NCBI GenBank assembly: GCA_963931165.1
Contig: OZ006985.1
Location: 975,900-1,039,899 of the forward strand
DNA length: 64,000 nt
Direction of reading: 5' to 3'
From: an uncultured Christensenellaceae bacterium
GTDB taxonomy: Bacteria > Bacillota > Clostridia > Christensenellales > UBA3700
Numbering within the stretch: the stretch's first letter is position 1; every line of letters begins with the position of its first letter. Made by a program: the position numbers and the translations under genes. Shown here one piece after another: positions 54,743-62,265 of the stretch. Under the pieces are notes generated by a model. It did not search any database. It was not told the origin of the DNA and was given only the letters and a program-made list of their open reading frames with translations.

Positions 54743-56193
54743 AGATTTTCGATACAAGAGTTCAAGAGCTCAAATACGACGTGCTCCGCGAGGTCATCAA
54801 GGCGGCGGACAAAGGGGACATGAGCAACATCTACATCGACATCCCCAAACTCATTTCGCCGGGACCCAAGCCGACGATGCGCTGCTGCATCTACAAGGAA
54901 CGCGCGATCGTCCAAGAGCGCATCAAGATGGCGCTCGGCGGCGACAAGAGCAATCCCAACAGCGTCGAGGTCATCGACGCGGCGTGCGACGCATGCCCGA
55001 TCGAGGGTATGTACATCACGCCGGCGTGCCGAGGCTGCATCGTTCACAAGTGTCAGCGCGCCTGCCCCAAGAACGCGATCACGATCGTCAACAACAAGCC
55101 GGTCATCGACAAGGAGAAATGCGTCGAGTGCGGCAGATGCGCCAAGGCTTGCCCGTACAGCGCGATCATCGAACAGCGCAGACCGTGCGTCCGCAGCTGC
55201 AAGGTGGGAGCGATCAAGATGGACGAGAACAAGAAGGCGGTCATCGACAACGACAAGTGCGTCTCCTGCGGCGCATGCGTCTATCAATGCCCGTTCGGCG
55301 CGATCGTCGACAAGTCGTTCATCATGGACGCGCTCGACATCATGAAGAAGTCCGAGAACAACACCAAGTATCACGTCTATGCGATCGTCGCTCCGTCCAT
55401 CGCGAGCCAATTCACCGGCGTGCCGCTCCCCAAGGTCGCGAGCGGGTTGAAGATGCTCGGCTTTTATGACATCGCCGAGGCGGCGATGGGCGCGGACGTC
55501 ACCCTTTGGCACGAGGCGAAGGAGTTCAAGGAGAGGGGCATTTTGACCACTTCCTGCTGTCCGTCGTTCGTGATGTTCATCGAGAAGAACTTCCCCGAAT
55601 TGACCAAGTACATCTCGTCGTCCGTCTCGCCGATGGTCGAAACGGCGTTCATCATCAAGCGCGAGGATCCGACCGCGAAGTGCATCTTCATCGGACCTTG
55701 CACCAGCAAGAAACTCGAGTATCGCATGCCCAAGACAAAGGGCGGCATCGACTGCGTGCTGTCGTTCGAGGAGTTGCAGGCGTTCTTCGACGCGCGCGAT
55801 ATCGATCTTCAATCGCTCGAAGATTGCCCGATCGACGAGGCGTCCTATTACGGCCGCATCTTCGCCAAGTCGGGCGGCATAACACAGGGCGTCGTCAACG
55901 TCGCGAAGTCGATGGGCGTGGACAATCTCAAACCCATCTCGATGAGCGGTCTCGAAGAGTGCAAGATCAATTTGCTCAAACTCAAATTGGGCAGAGCGGC
56001 GGAGAACTTCTTCGAGGGCATGGCGTGCGAGGGCGGCTGCCTCAACGGCGCGCTCAGCCTGCACCACGAGCAGCGCTGCGTCGTCGACATCGACAAATAC
56101 GGCAACGCCGCGTCCAACAAGGACATCGAAAGCAGCGTCAAGAGATACGAACACAGTCTCGAGGCGGGCAAAGACAACGGCGTAAATCTGTGA
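54739..56193 (+). CDS. [FeFe]-hydrogenase-family protein (monomeric, N-terminal Cys-rich + 2x[4Fe-4S] ferredoxin domain; group-B-like)
   Basis: ATGA overlap. H-cluster motifs TSCCPSF, GPCTSKKLE and MACEGGCLNG. Ferredoxin motifs CVECGRCAKACP and CVSCGACVYQCP. Confidence 0.8.
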   Translation: MKIFDTRVQELKYDVLREVIKAADKGDMSNIYIDIPKLISPGPKPTMRCCIYKERAIVQERIKMALGGDKSNPNSVEVIDAACDACPIEGMYITPACRGCIVHKCQRACPKNAITIVNNKPVIDKEKCVECGRCAKACPYSAIIEQRRPCVRSCKVGAIKMDENKKAVIDNDKCVSCGACVYQCPFGAIVDKSFIMDALDIMKKSENNTKYHVYAIVAPSIASQFTGVPLPKVASGLKMLGFYDIAEAAMGADVTLWHEAKEFKERGILTTSCCPSFVMFIEKNFPELTKYISSSVSPMVETAFIIKREDPTAKCIFIGPCTSKKLEYRMPKTKGGIDCVLSFEELQAFFDARDIDLQSLEDCPIDEASYYGRIFAKSGGITQGVVNVAKSMGVDNLKPISMSGLEECKINLLKLKLGRAAENFFEGMACEGGCLNGALSLHHEQRCVVDIDKYGNAASNKDIESSVKRYEHSLEAGKDNGVNL

Positions 56194-56254
56194 CAAGACA
56201 TCGCCTCGCCGAGTCCGTTTCCGGGCTCGGCGGGGCTCAACTGCGGAGAGAGAA

Positions 56255-56506
56255 ATGACAGAATACACTTTTGACACACAATTGCTCATCGACGGAGAGG
56301 AACTCGACGCCGACGAGATCAAGGCGTACATCGAGACGCACATCAAGGGCGATTGCCTGCTCGTCGTCGGCGACGACGAGTTGATCAAGATCCACTACCA
56401 CACGGACACGCCGTGGAAGGTGCTGGAATATTGTTCCGATCTCGGCGACATATACGACGTCGTCGTCGAGAACATGGTGCGGCAGGAGAACGGGCTCAAA
56501 GGCTGA
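56255..56506 (+). CDS. 83-aa stand-alone domain resembling the C-terminal domain of DAK2-fusion protein YloV/FakA
   Basis: SD GGAGAGAG. GDCLLVVGDDELIKIHYHTDTPWKVLEYCSDLGDIYDVVVENMVRQ parallels the YloV C-terminus (GDSLxVV.D..xxKVHVHT..P....Y....G.L....I.NM..Q, from memory). Confidence 0.55.
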   Translation: MTEYTFDTQLLIDGEELDADEIKAYIETHIKGDCLLVVGDDELIKIHYHTDTPWKVLEYCSDLGDIYDVVVENMVRQENGLKG

Positions 56507-56517
56507 ATCCAAGCGGC

Positions 56518-56552
56518 AAAACGGCGGCTTCGCGAAGGCGGAGCCGTTTTTT
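56518..56552 (+). terminator. Rho-independent terminator after the hydrogenase / small-domain genes
   Basis: Long imperfect stem AAAACGGC...GCCGTTTT followed by TTG. Confidence 0.65.
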
Positions 56553-56577
56553 GTTGCCGCAATATCCGTCCGCTCCG

Positions 56578-56608
56578 GCATATTCGCGGCGGCGGCGAAT
56601 ATCATATA
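56578..56608 (+). promoter_or_regulatory. Candidate mother-cell (sigma-E-like) promoter of spoIVA
   Basis: GCATATT (56578-56584) and CATATA-TC (56603-56610) resemble the kmATATT / CATACA-T sigma-E elements as I recall them. The spacer length is not verified against the consensus. Confidence 0.3.
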
Positions 56609-56632
56609 TCGAACAAAGCCCCGGAGGTAACC

Positions 56633-58111
56633 ATGCAGCAATTCGATTTATACAAGGACATCGCCGAGAGGACGGGCGGCGACATCTATATAGGAGTGGT
56701 CGGACCCGTGAGGACGGGCAAGTCGACCTTCATCAAGAAGTTTGCCGAACTTGCGCTCATCGCCAACATCGAGGACGAACATCGCCGCAAACGCGTCACG
56801 GACGAGCTGCCGCAATCGGCGGACGGAAAGGCGGTCATGACCACTCAGCCCAAGTTCGTCCCCGACGGCGGCGAGACGATCGATCTCGGCGACGGCAAAA
56901 AGGCGAACGTCAGGCTGATCGACTGCGTCGGATATATGATCCCGTCTGCGGCGTCGGCGGACGGCGACGGCAAGACGCGGATGGTCGATACGCCGTGGAG
57001 CGAAGAAAAGATGCCCTTTGACGAGGCGGCGGAGACGGGTACGCGCAAGGTGATCCGCGATCACTCGACGATCGGGATCTTGGTGACCAGCGACGGAAGC
57101 GTCACCGACGCGCCGCGCGCCGAATATGTCGACGCCGAACGCCGCGTGGCGGCGGAACTCGCCGCGATAGGCAAGCCGTACGTCATCGTGCTCAACACGC
57201 GTCACGAACGCGACGCCGAGACCAAAAAGCTCGCCGAGGCGATGCGCGGCGTCTACAACGTGCCTGTCATCGTCCAAAACGTCGCGCATATGGACAGAGA
57301 CGCGCTCGTCGCGATCATCGAGTGCGTGCTCGGCGCGTTCCCGATCGAATCGGTCGGAGCGAAGCTGCCCGATTGGCTGAGGGCGCTGCCCGCGGACGAT
57401 CCGATCATTGCCGACATCACTGCGCGCGTCGCCGGATATGCGGCAAAGGCGAACGTGATGGCGGATTACGGCGTCTTTTCGTCCATGTTCGACGACAGCG
57501 GCGACATAGAAAAGCTGTCGGGCATAGAGGCGGACTACGCAAAGGGAAGGATAGTGCTCGACGTGTGCCCCAAAAAGGACTTGTTCTACCGCGTGCTGTC
57601 GCGCCAATGCGGAGTGGACATAGGCGACGAATTCAAGCTGGTCGGTGCGATCCGCGAGATGAGCGAGGCGAAGCGCCGTTACGACAAGCTCGCCGCGGCG
57701 ATCGAGGACGCTGACAACTACGGCTACGGCGTGACCGCGCCCGAACTCGAAGATATGGAGTTTGAGCGTCCCGAGATCATCCACAAGGGCTCGCGGTTCG
57801 GGATCAAGATGAGGGCGAGCGCGCCGTCATACCACATTCTCAAAGTCGACGTCGAGACAGAGGTCAATCCCATTCTCGGCACCGAGGCGCAGGACGAGGA
57901 CATGGTCAAGGATTGGCTGGACACGTTCGGGGACGACACCGAGGGGATATGGCAGACCAACATGCTCGGCAAGTCGCTCAATGTGCTTGCGCGCGACGGC
58001 TTGACCGGCAAGCTGTCGTCGATGCCCGAAGAGGCGAGAGCGAAGCTGCGCAAGACAGTGACGCGAATCGTCAACGAAGGCAGGGGCGGAGTGCTGTGCA
58101 TACTGCTGTGA
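56633..58111 (+). CDS. spoIVA: Stage IV sporulation protein A (spore coat basement-layer ATPase)
   Basis: N-terminus DIYIGVVGPVRTGKSTFIKKF (Walker A) and full 492-aa colinearity with SpoIVA. Confidence 0.95.
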   Translation: MQQFDLYKDIAERTGGDIYIGVVGPVRTGKSTFIKKFAELALIANIEDEHRRKRVTDELPQSADGKAVMTTQPKFVPDGGETIDLGDGKKANVRLIDCVGYMIPSAASADGDGKTRMVDTPWSEEKMPFDEAAETGTRKVIRDHSTIGILVTSDGSVTDAPRAEYVDAERRVAAELAAIGKPYVIVLNTRHERDAETKKLAEAMRGVYNVPVIVQNVAHMDRDALVAIIECVLGAFPIESVGAKLPDWLRALPADDPIIADITARVAGYAAKANVMADYGVFSSMFDDSGDIEKLSGIEADYAKGRIVLDVCPKKDLFYRVLSRQCGVDIGDEFKLVGAIREMSEAKRRYDKLAAAIEDADNYGYGVTAPELEDMEFERPEIIHKGSRFGIKMRASAPSYHILKVDVETEVNPILGTEAQDEDMVKDWLDTFGDDTEGIWQTNMLGKSLNVLARDGLTGKLSSMPEEARAKLRKTVTRIVNEGRGGVLCILL

Positions 58112-58132
58112 TCGCGGTACTGTTATCGGCAT

Positions 58133-58168
58133 AAATAATTGATACTAATCGAAAATAATTGATACTAA
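58133..58168. repeat. Tandem direct repeat AAATAATTGATACTAA x2 with a 20-nt period
   Basis: Exact 16-mers at 58133-58148 and 58153-58168. They form an AT-rich island between the spoIVA stop and its terminator. Confidence 0.85.
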
Positions 58169-58172
58169 CAAT

Positions 58173-58203
58173 GCGGCGGAGCGATAAACTCCGCCGCGTT
58201 TTG
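58173..58203 (+). terminator. Rho-independent terminator after spoIVA
   Basis: Stem GCGGCGGAG/CTCCGCCGC followed by GTTTTG. Confidence 0.7.
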
Positions 58204-58292
58204 CGCGCGTAACACAACGCTTAACGCGCGCATATCATGATATCGGGCGCGGGTTACATCATCGTCCTTTGGGACAAAGAGGAGGTGAGGTG

Positions 58293-58427
58293 ATGTATTT
58301 CGGTTACAATTTCGAGGCATATATGCTGCCGTGCGGCAGTCCGCCGTGCTGCAACATTTCGACCCGCGCCTGTAATTGCGCGGGAGTGTTTCCCTATTGG
58401 TTCAACCCCTGCGGTTGGTATGTTTGA
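58293..58427 (+). CDS. 44-aa cysteine- and aromatic-rich micro-protein (not in the ORF track)
   Basis: Strong SD AAAGAGGAGGTGAGG precedes the ATG. Translation is MYFGYNFEAYMLPCGSPPCCNISTRACNCAGVFPYWFNPCGWYV (6 Cys, 11 aromatic residues). The stop lies 3 nt before a strong hairpin. Confidence 0.55.
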   Translation: MYFGYNFEAYMLPCGSPPCCNISTRACNCAGVFPYWFNPCGWYV

Positions 58428-58430
58428 ACA

Positions 58431-58462
58431 AAGAAGGACGCGCCGTCTGACGCGTCCTTCTT
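58431..58462. terminator. Bidirectional terminator shared by the two convergent micro-protein genes
   Basis: Perfect 12-bp stem AAGAAGGACGCG/CGCGTCCTTCTT with an 8-nt loop. Confidence 0.75.
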
Positions 58463-58636
58463 TCAATTGCTTTGTCCCGGGCAGACGCTCTGACCTATGT
58501 CGGCTGCGCGGCAGCCGAGACAGTTGGCGAACGACAGACAGCAGAAGATCAGCGACAGCGGATCGCACGAGTTGGTCTGACCGCCGCCGTTGTTGTTCAT
58601 CGCGAGCAGCAGCAACAACAGAAAGTTGGAATTCAT
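58463..58636 (-). CDS. 57-aa cysteine-rich micro-protein with a hydrophobic N-terminal segment
   Basis: Internal ATG 58636 lies 5 nt after GGAGG. Translation is MNSNFLLLLLLAMNNNGGGQTNSCDPLSLIFCCLSFANCLGCRAADIGQSVCPGQSN (6 Cys). The stop abuts the shared hairpin. Confidence 0.5.
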   Translation of the reverse strand: MNSNFLLLLLLAMNNNGGGQTNSCDPLSLIFCCLSFANCLGCRAADIGQSVCPGQSN

Positions 58637-58743
58637 CTTATCCTCCAAAATAGCTAAATTTCGACGCAACACGCGGCGAAGCGCGGCATTGATCGCTATA
58701 TAATATGCTCATATGACGGCGCGTATGCGCCAAGGAGCAGACC

Positions 58744-59094
58744 ATGACAATGTATCGAGAATGTTTGACCGTGGACGAGAGGGGCGAGCGCAGCATTTTG
58801 GAGAATATGCCCCCGAGCCGCTCTCTTTGCGGCATAGCGCGATTTTTTGCGGTATTTTCGGACGAGACGCGGCTCAAGATCTTGTCCGCGCTGTCGATGA
58901 AAGATCTCTGCGTTGCAGACCTTTGCTTTTTTCTGGCTAGCGAGCAGAGCACGGTGTCCCATCAGCTGCGCTTGCTCAAAGACGCAGGCATCGTCGCGTC
59001 GCGCAAAGCGGGGCGGCTGACGCTCTACACGATCGTCGACCCGTACGTTTCCGAGGTGATGCTGACCGGGGCGAGGCGGTTGCGGCGCAGATAG
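58744..59094 (+). CDS. ArsR/SmtB family transcriptional regulator
   Basis: SD AAGGAG. Winged-helix pattern FAVFSDETRLKILSAL...DLCVADL...STVSHQLRLLKDAGIV. Confidence 0.85.
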   Translation: MTMYRECLTVDERGERSILENMPPSRSLCGIARFFAVFSDETRLKILSALSMKDLCVADLCFFLASEQSTVSHQLRLLKDAGIVASRKAGRLTLYTIVDPYVSEVMLTGARRLRRR

Positions 59095-59101
59095 CTTGCG
59101 C

Positions 59102-59130
59102 TTGCAAAACGCGCGCGATTGTGGTATCAT
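59102..59130 (+). promoter_or_regulatory. uvrC promoter (TTGCAA-N17-TATCAT with TG extension); the -10 ends 6 nt before the ATG (leaderless geometry)
   Basis: Hexamers at 59102-59107 and 59125-59130, TG at 59122-59123. No SD before ATG 59137. Confidence 0.5.
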
Positions 59131-59136
59131 TTCGGT

Positions 59137-60960
59137 ATGGACATAGCGTCGATACTCAAAGATTTGCCGCACAGCAGCGGCGTCTATATCATGTACGGAG
59201 CGAGCGGACAGATCTTGTACGTCGGCAAGGCGAAAGATCTGTTCAAGCGCGTGCATCAATATTTCGGCAACAAGGCAAACCGCACCGAAAAGGTGCTCAA
59301 ACTTGTCGCCAAGGTCGACGACATCAGATACATCATCACGCGGAGCGAAGTCGAGGCGCTCGTGCTCGAGAACAATCTCATCAAAAAGCACAAGCCGCCC
59401 TACAACATTTTGCTCAAAGACGACAAGAGCTATCCCTTTGTCAAGATCGACGTCAAGGCGGACTTCCCGCGCGTCGAGGTCGTGCGCAAACTGAAGAGCG
59501 ACGGGTCAAAATATTTCGGTCCGTACATGATCGGCATCACGGCGAAGGAGATCACCGACCTCATCAACAGCGCGTTTTGTCTGCGCGACTGCAAGCTGGA
59601 CATGAAGCGCATCCCGGCGGGGCACCGTCCGTGCCTCAACTATCACATCAAGCGCTGCTACGCGCCCTGCGCCGGCAAGATAACCAAAGAGGAGTACGGC
59701 GCGATCATCAAAGAGGTGATAGCCTTTCTGTCCGGCAACGACAAGTCGGTCGCCAAGCTGCTGACCGACAAGATGAACGAGGCGGCGGAGAGTGAAGAAT
59801 ACGAGCTTGCGCTCAATTACAGGCAAAAATTGCAGGTGCTCGACAAGCTTGTCCGCAGGCAGGTCGGCGCGCTTCCCAAAGATTTCGACCTCGACGTGTT
59901 CGCGATCGAGAGCAACGGGCTCAACACCGTCATCGCGCTGTTGTTTGTCCGCGCAGGCAAGGTGGTCGGCGGCGACAAATTCGTCGTCAACGATTACGGC
60001 TTGAGCGACGCGATCACTTTGTCCAATTTTGTGATGCGCTTTTATGACGGCGACGTGCTCGCGCCCGACGAGGCGGTGCTGTCCGTTGACATTGAGGACG
60101 CGGACGTCTTGCAGCAATATCTGTCCGAAAAATTCGGCAAAAAGATCAACGTCATCACCCCTCGCCAGGGCGTGAGGCGGCAGCTGTGCGACATGGCGTC
60201 GTCCAACGCGCGCGACTATCTCGAAAAGTCGCTTTCGATCAAGGAGAGGCAGGACAACATGACGATCGGCGCGGTGATGCAATTGGCGGAATATCTGCAT
60301 CTCGAACGCATGCCGGCGCGCATGGAGTGCTATGACATCTCGCACATCAGCGGCACCAACAAAGTCGCGTCGATGGTCGTGTTCACCAACGGCGAACCCG
60401 ACAAGGCGGCATATCGCAAATTTCGCATCAAGACCGTCGAGGGCAACGACGATTTCGCCTCTTTGCAGGAGACGCTGACAAGGCGGCTGACCGAGCTCAA
60501 AGAGGGCAGCGAGGACGACAGCCTCGGCGCGCGTCCCGACCTCATCGTCATCGACGGAGGCAAGGGACAGCTGTCTTCGGTCATGGAGATCGTGACCGCG
60601 CTCGGCGTCACCGACATCCCGTTCATCAGCCTCGCCAAGCGCGAAGAGGAAGTGTTTTTGCCCGGGCAAAGCGAGCCGGTCATTTTGCCGCGAAACAGCT
60701 ATGCGCTCAAACTTTTGCAACGCATACGCGACGAGGCGCACCGATTTGCGATCACGTTCCACCGCCAATTGCGCAAGAAGTCGCAGACTGTCAGCGAATT
60801 GCTGTCCGTCCCCGGCGTGGGCGAGGGCAGGGTCAAAGCACTCTACAAGCATTTCGGCACGGTCGCCGCGATCAAGAGCGCGAGCGTCGAACAGCTCGCC
60901 GCGGTCAAAGGGATGAACTTGCCGGCGGCGCAGGCGGTGTATAAGCATTTTCATCCGTGA
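59137..60960 (+). CDS. uvrC: Excinuclease ABC subunit C
   Basis: GIY-YIG N-terminus (SGVYIMY...ILYVGKAKDL), UVR domain, endonuclease domain and C-terminal (HhH)2. Confidence 0.95.
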   Translation: MDIASILKDLPHSSGVYIMYGASGQILYVGKAKDLFKRVHQYFGNKANRTEKVLKLVAKVDDIRYIITRSEVEALVLENNLIKKHKPPYNILLKDDKSYPFVKIDVKADFPRVEVVRKLKSDGSKYFGPYMIGITAKEITDLINSAFCLRDCKLDMKRIPAGHRPCLNYHIKRCYAPCAGKITKEEYGAIIKEVIAFLSGNDKSVAKLLTDKMNEAAESEEYELALNYRQKLQVLDKLVRRQVGALPKDFDLDVFAIESNGLNTVIALLFVRAGKVVGGDKFVVNDYGLSDAITLSNFVMRFYDGDVLAPDEAVLSVDIEDADVLQQYLSEKFGKKINVITPRQGVRRQLCDMASSNARDYLEKSLSIKERQDNMTIGAVMQLAEYLHLERMPARMECYDISHISGTNKVASMVVFTNGEPDKAAYRKFRIKTVEGNDDFASLQETLTRRLTELKEGSEDDSLGARPDLIVIDGGKGQLSSVMEIVTALGVTDIPFISLAKREEEVFLPGQSEPVILPRNSYALKLLQRIRDEAHRFAITFHRQLRKKSQTVSELLSVPGVGEGRVKALYKHFGTVAAIKSASVEQLAAVKGMNLPAAQAVYKHFHP

Positions 60961-61139
60961 CGACAGCCGACGCTTTGCCTGTTCCGTTTGCGTTGCAAAC
61001 CGAATATGCGAGGTCAAACGAGGCGATCACGAGGCATATGTTCGTAAATATCGCAAAAAAGTCTGCGCGCATCTCTTGACAAAAATTACACGAAACTTAA
61101 ATGAAAAATGCGTTTTTGCGAACAAAATGCATTTTTTGT

Positions 61140-61168
61140 TTGACACGTCGCGCGCGTTATGCTAATAT
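61140..61168 (+). promoter_or_regulatory. Promoter of rplU-prp-rpmA (TTGACA-N17-TAATAT)
   Basis: Hexamers at 61140-61145 and 61163-61168, with an AT-rich UP-like region upstream. Confidence 0.65.
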
Positions 61169-61174
61169 ATACGT

Positions 61175-61249
61175 CGAGCCGCATGAGAAGGGTCTCAAGT
61201 TTGCTTTGCAACACCCGAGTCAGCGAGACTGGAAAGAGGAGGTAAATCA
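61175..61249 (+). promoter_or_regulatory. Putative ribosomal-protein L21 leader (5' UTR of rplU)
   Basis: About 75-nt structured leader (GGGTCTC...GAGAC and GGGT...ACCC pairings) in the position where Firmicutes carry the L21 leader motif. Identity is not verified. Confidence 0.35.
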
Positions 61250-61555
61250 ATGTACGCAATCGTTACCAGCGGCGGCAAGCAGTACAAGGTCGAAAAGGAC
61301 CAGATCGTGAAGGTCGAAAAGCTTGACGCGAACGTCGGAGACAAGGTCGAACTTCCCGTCGTCATGCTGTGCGATGAGGGCAACGTGGTCATTGGCGCAG
61401 ACGCAGCCAAGGCGAGCGTTGTTGCCGAAGTCGTCGCGCAAGACAAGGCGAAGAAGATCATCGTCTTCAAGTACAAGGCGAAGAAGAACGAGCGCAAGCG
61501 TCAGGGCCACAGACAGCCGTACACCGCGCTCAAGATCGCCGAGATCAAGGCATAA
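61250..61555 (+). CDS. rplU: 50S ribosomal protein L21
   Basis: MYAIVTSGGKQYKV N-terminus. Confidence 0.95.
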   Translation: MYAIVTSGGKQYKVEKDQIVKVEKLDANVGDKVELPVVMLCDEGNVVIGADAAKASVVAEVVAQDKAKKIIVFKYKAKKNERKRQGHRQPYTALKIAEIKA

Positions 61556-61881
61556 TGACACACGTTGTCGTCACAAGACGCAACAACAGAATAGTTTCGG
61601 TCGAGTGCACAGGCCACACCGGGTACGGAGAGCAGGGCGAAGACATCGTCTGCGCGGCGCTCTCGTCGATCGTCCAGACGGCGGCGCTCGGGTTGCTTCA
61701 AGTGGTCGGGGTCAAGCTCGACTACCGCACGGACGAGAGGGGATACCTCAAAATGGCGCTCCCCGACGACCTTGACGAAAAGGTCCGTCACGACTGCGAC
61801 ATCGTCCTCGAGACAATGCTCTTGGGGGTCGCGGATCTCAACCAAGGCTATTCGGACTTCATCGAATTGGAGGTAAAATAA
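61555..61881 (+). CDS. prp: Ribosomal-processing cysteine protease Prp (YsxB family)
   Basis: Lies between rplU and rpm[19 protein letters not shown] motif (His/Cys dyad). Confidence 0.9.
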   Translation: MTHVVVTRRNNRIVSVECTGHTGYGEQGEDIVCAALSSIVQTAALGLLQVVGVKLDYRTDERGYLKMALPDDLDEKVRHDCDIVLETMLLGVADLNQGYSDFIELEVK

Positions 61882-61882
61882 G

Positions 61883-62164
61883 ATGTTCATCAATATACAG
61901 CTTTTCGCGCACAAGAAAGGCGGCGGCTCCACCCGTAACGGCAGAGACTCCGAGGCGAAGCGTCTCGGCGTCAAGAGGTCGGACGGTCAATTTGTCACCG
62001 CAGGCAGCATCCTTGTCAGACAGAGAGGCACCAAGTTCCACGACGGCAACAACGTCGGCAAGGGCGGTGACGACACTCTCTATGCGCTGATCGACGGCGT
62101 CGTCAAGTTCGAGCGCAAGGGCAAGGACAAGAAGCAAGTGAGCGTTTACGCAAAGGCGGAGTAA
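61883..62164 (+). CDS. rpmA: 50S ribosomal protein L27 with a cleavable N-terminal extension
   Basis: [23 protein letters not shown]: a 9-residue Prp-cleaved propeptide followed by the conserved L27 core. Confidence 0.95.
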   Translation: MFINIQLFAHKKGGGSTRNGRDSEAKRLGVKRSDGQFVTAGSILVRQRGTKFHDGNNVGKGGDDTLYALIDGVVKFERKGKDKKQVSVYAKAE

Positions 62165-62182
62165 GTTCACGCAAACAAATCG

Positions 62183-62207
62183 AGGAGCGGTCATCCGCTC
62201 CTTTTTT
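62183..62207 (+). terminator. Rho-independent terminator after rpmA
   Basis: Stem AGGAGCGG/CCGCTCCT followed by TTTTTAT. Confidence 0.75.
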
Positions 62208-62215
62208 ATGCTCAA

Positions 62216-62259
62216 AGCAAAAAATATCGCCGCTCCGATCGGAGCGGCGATTGCATTTT
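62216..62259 (-). terminator. Terminator after the beta-galactosidase gene (minus strand; possibly bidirectional)
   Basis: 11-bp stem ATCGCCGCTCC/GGAGCGGCGAT with a GATC loop, flanked by an A-run and a T-run. Confidence 0.7.
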
Positions 62260-62265
62260 GTCGCG

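Noticed and set aside
56207-56235. Hairpin CGCCGAGTCC-GTTT-GGGCTCGGCG right after the hydrogenase stop, considered as a terminator.
   Set aside because: It is not followed by a T-run, and the next ORF (with an SD) starts 20 nt later. It is more likely an intercistronic stabilising structure. The real terminator is at 56518-56552.
58145-58153. A Spo0A-box-like TCGAA core between the two 16-nt direct repeats.
   Set aside because: Only 5 of 7 positions of TGTCGAA match (AATCGAA), in an AT-rich context. This is too weak to call.
58293-58427. The 44-aa six-Cys peptide as a SCIFF (six cysteines in forty-five residues) ranthipeptide precursor.
   Set aside because: The size and Cys count are suggestive. 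However, the conserved SCIFF core (GGCGECQTSCQSACKTSC-like, as I recall) is absent, the peptide is aromatic-rich rather than Lys/Thr/Ser-rich, and no radical-SAM maturase is adjacent. It is kept only as an uncharacterised micro-protein.
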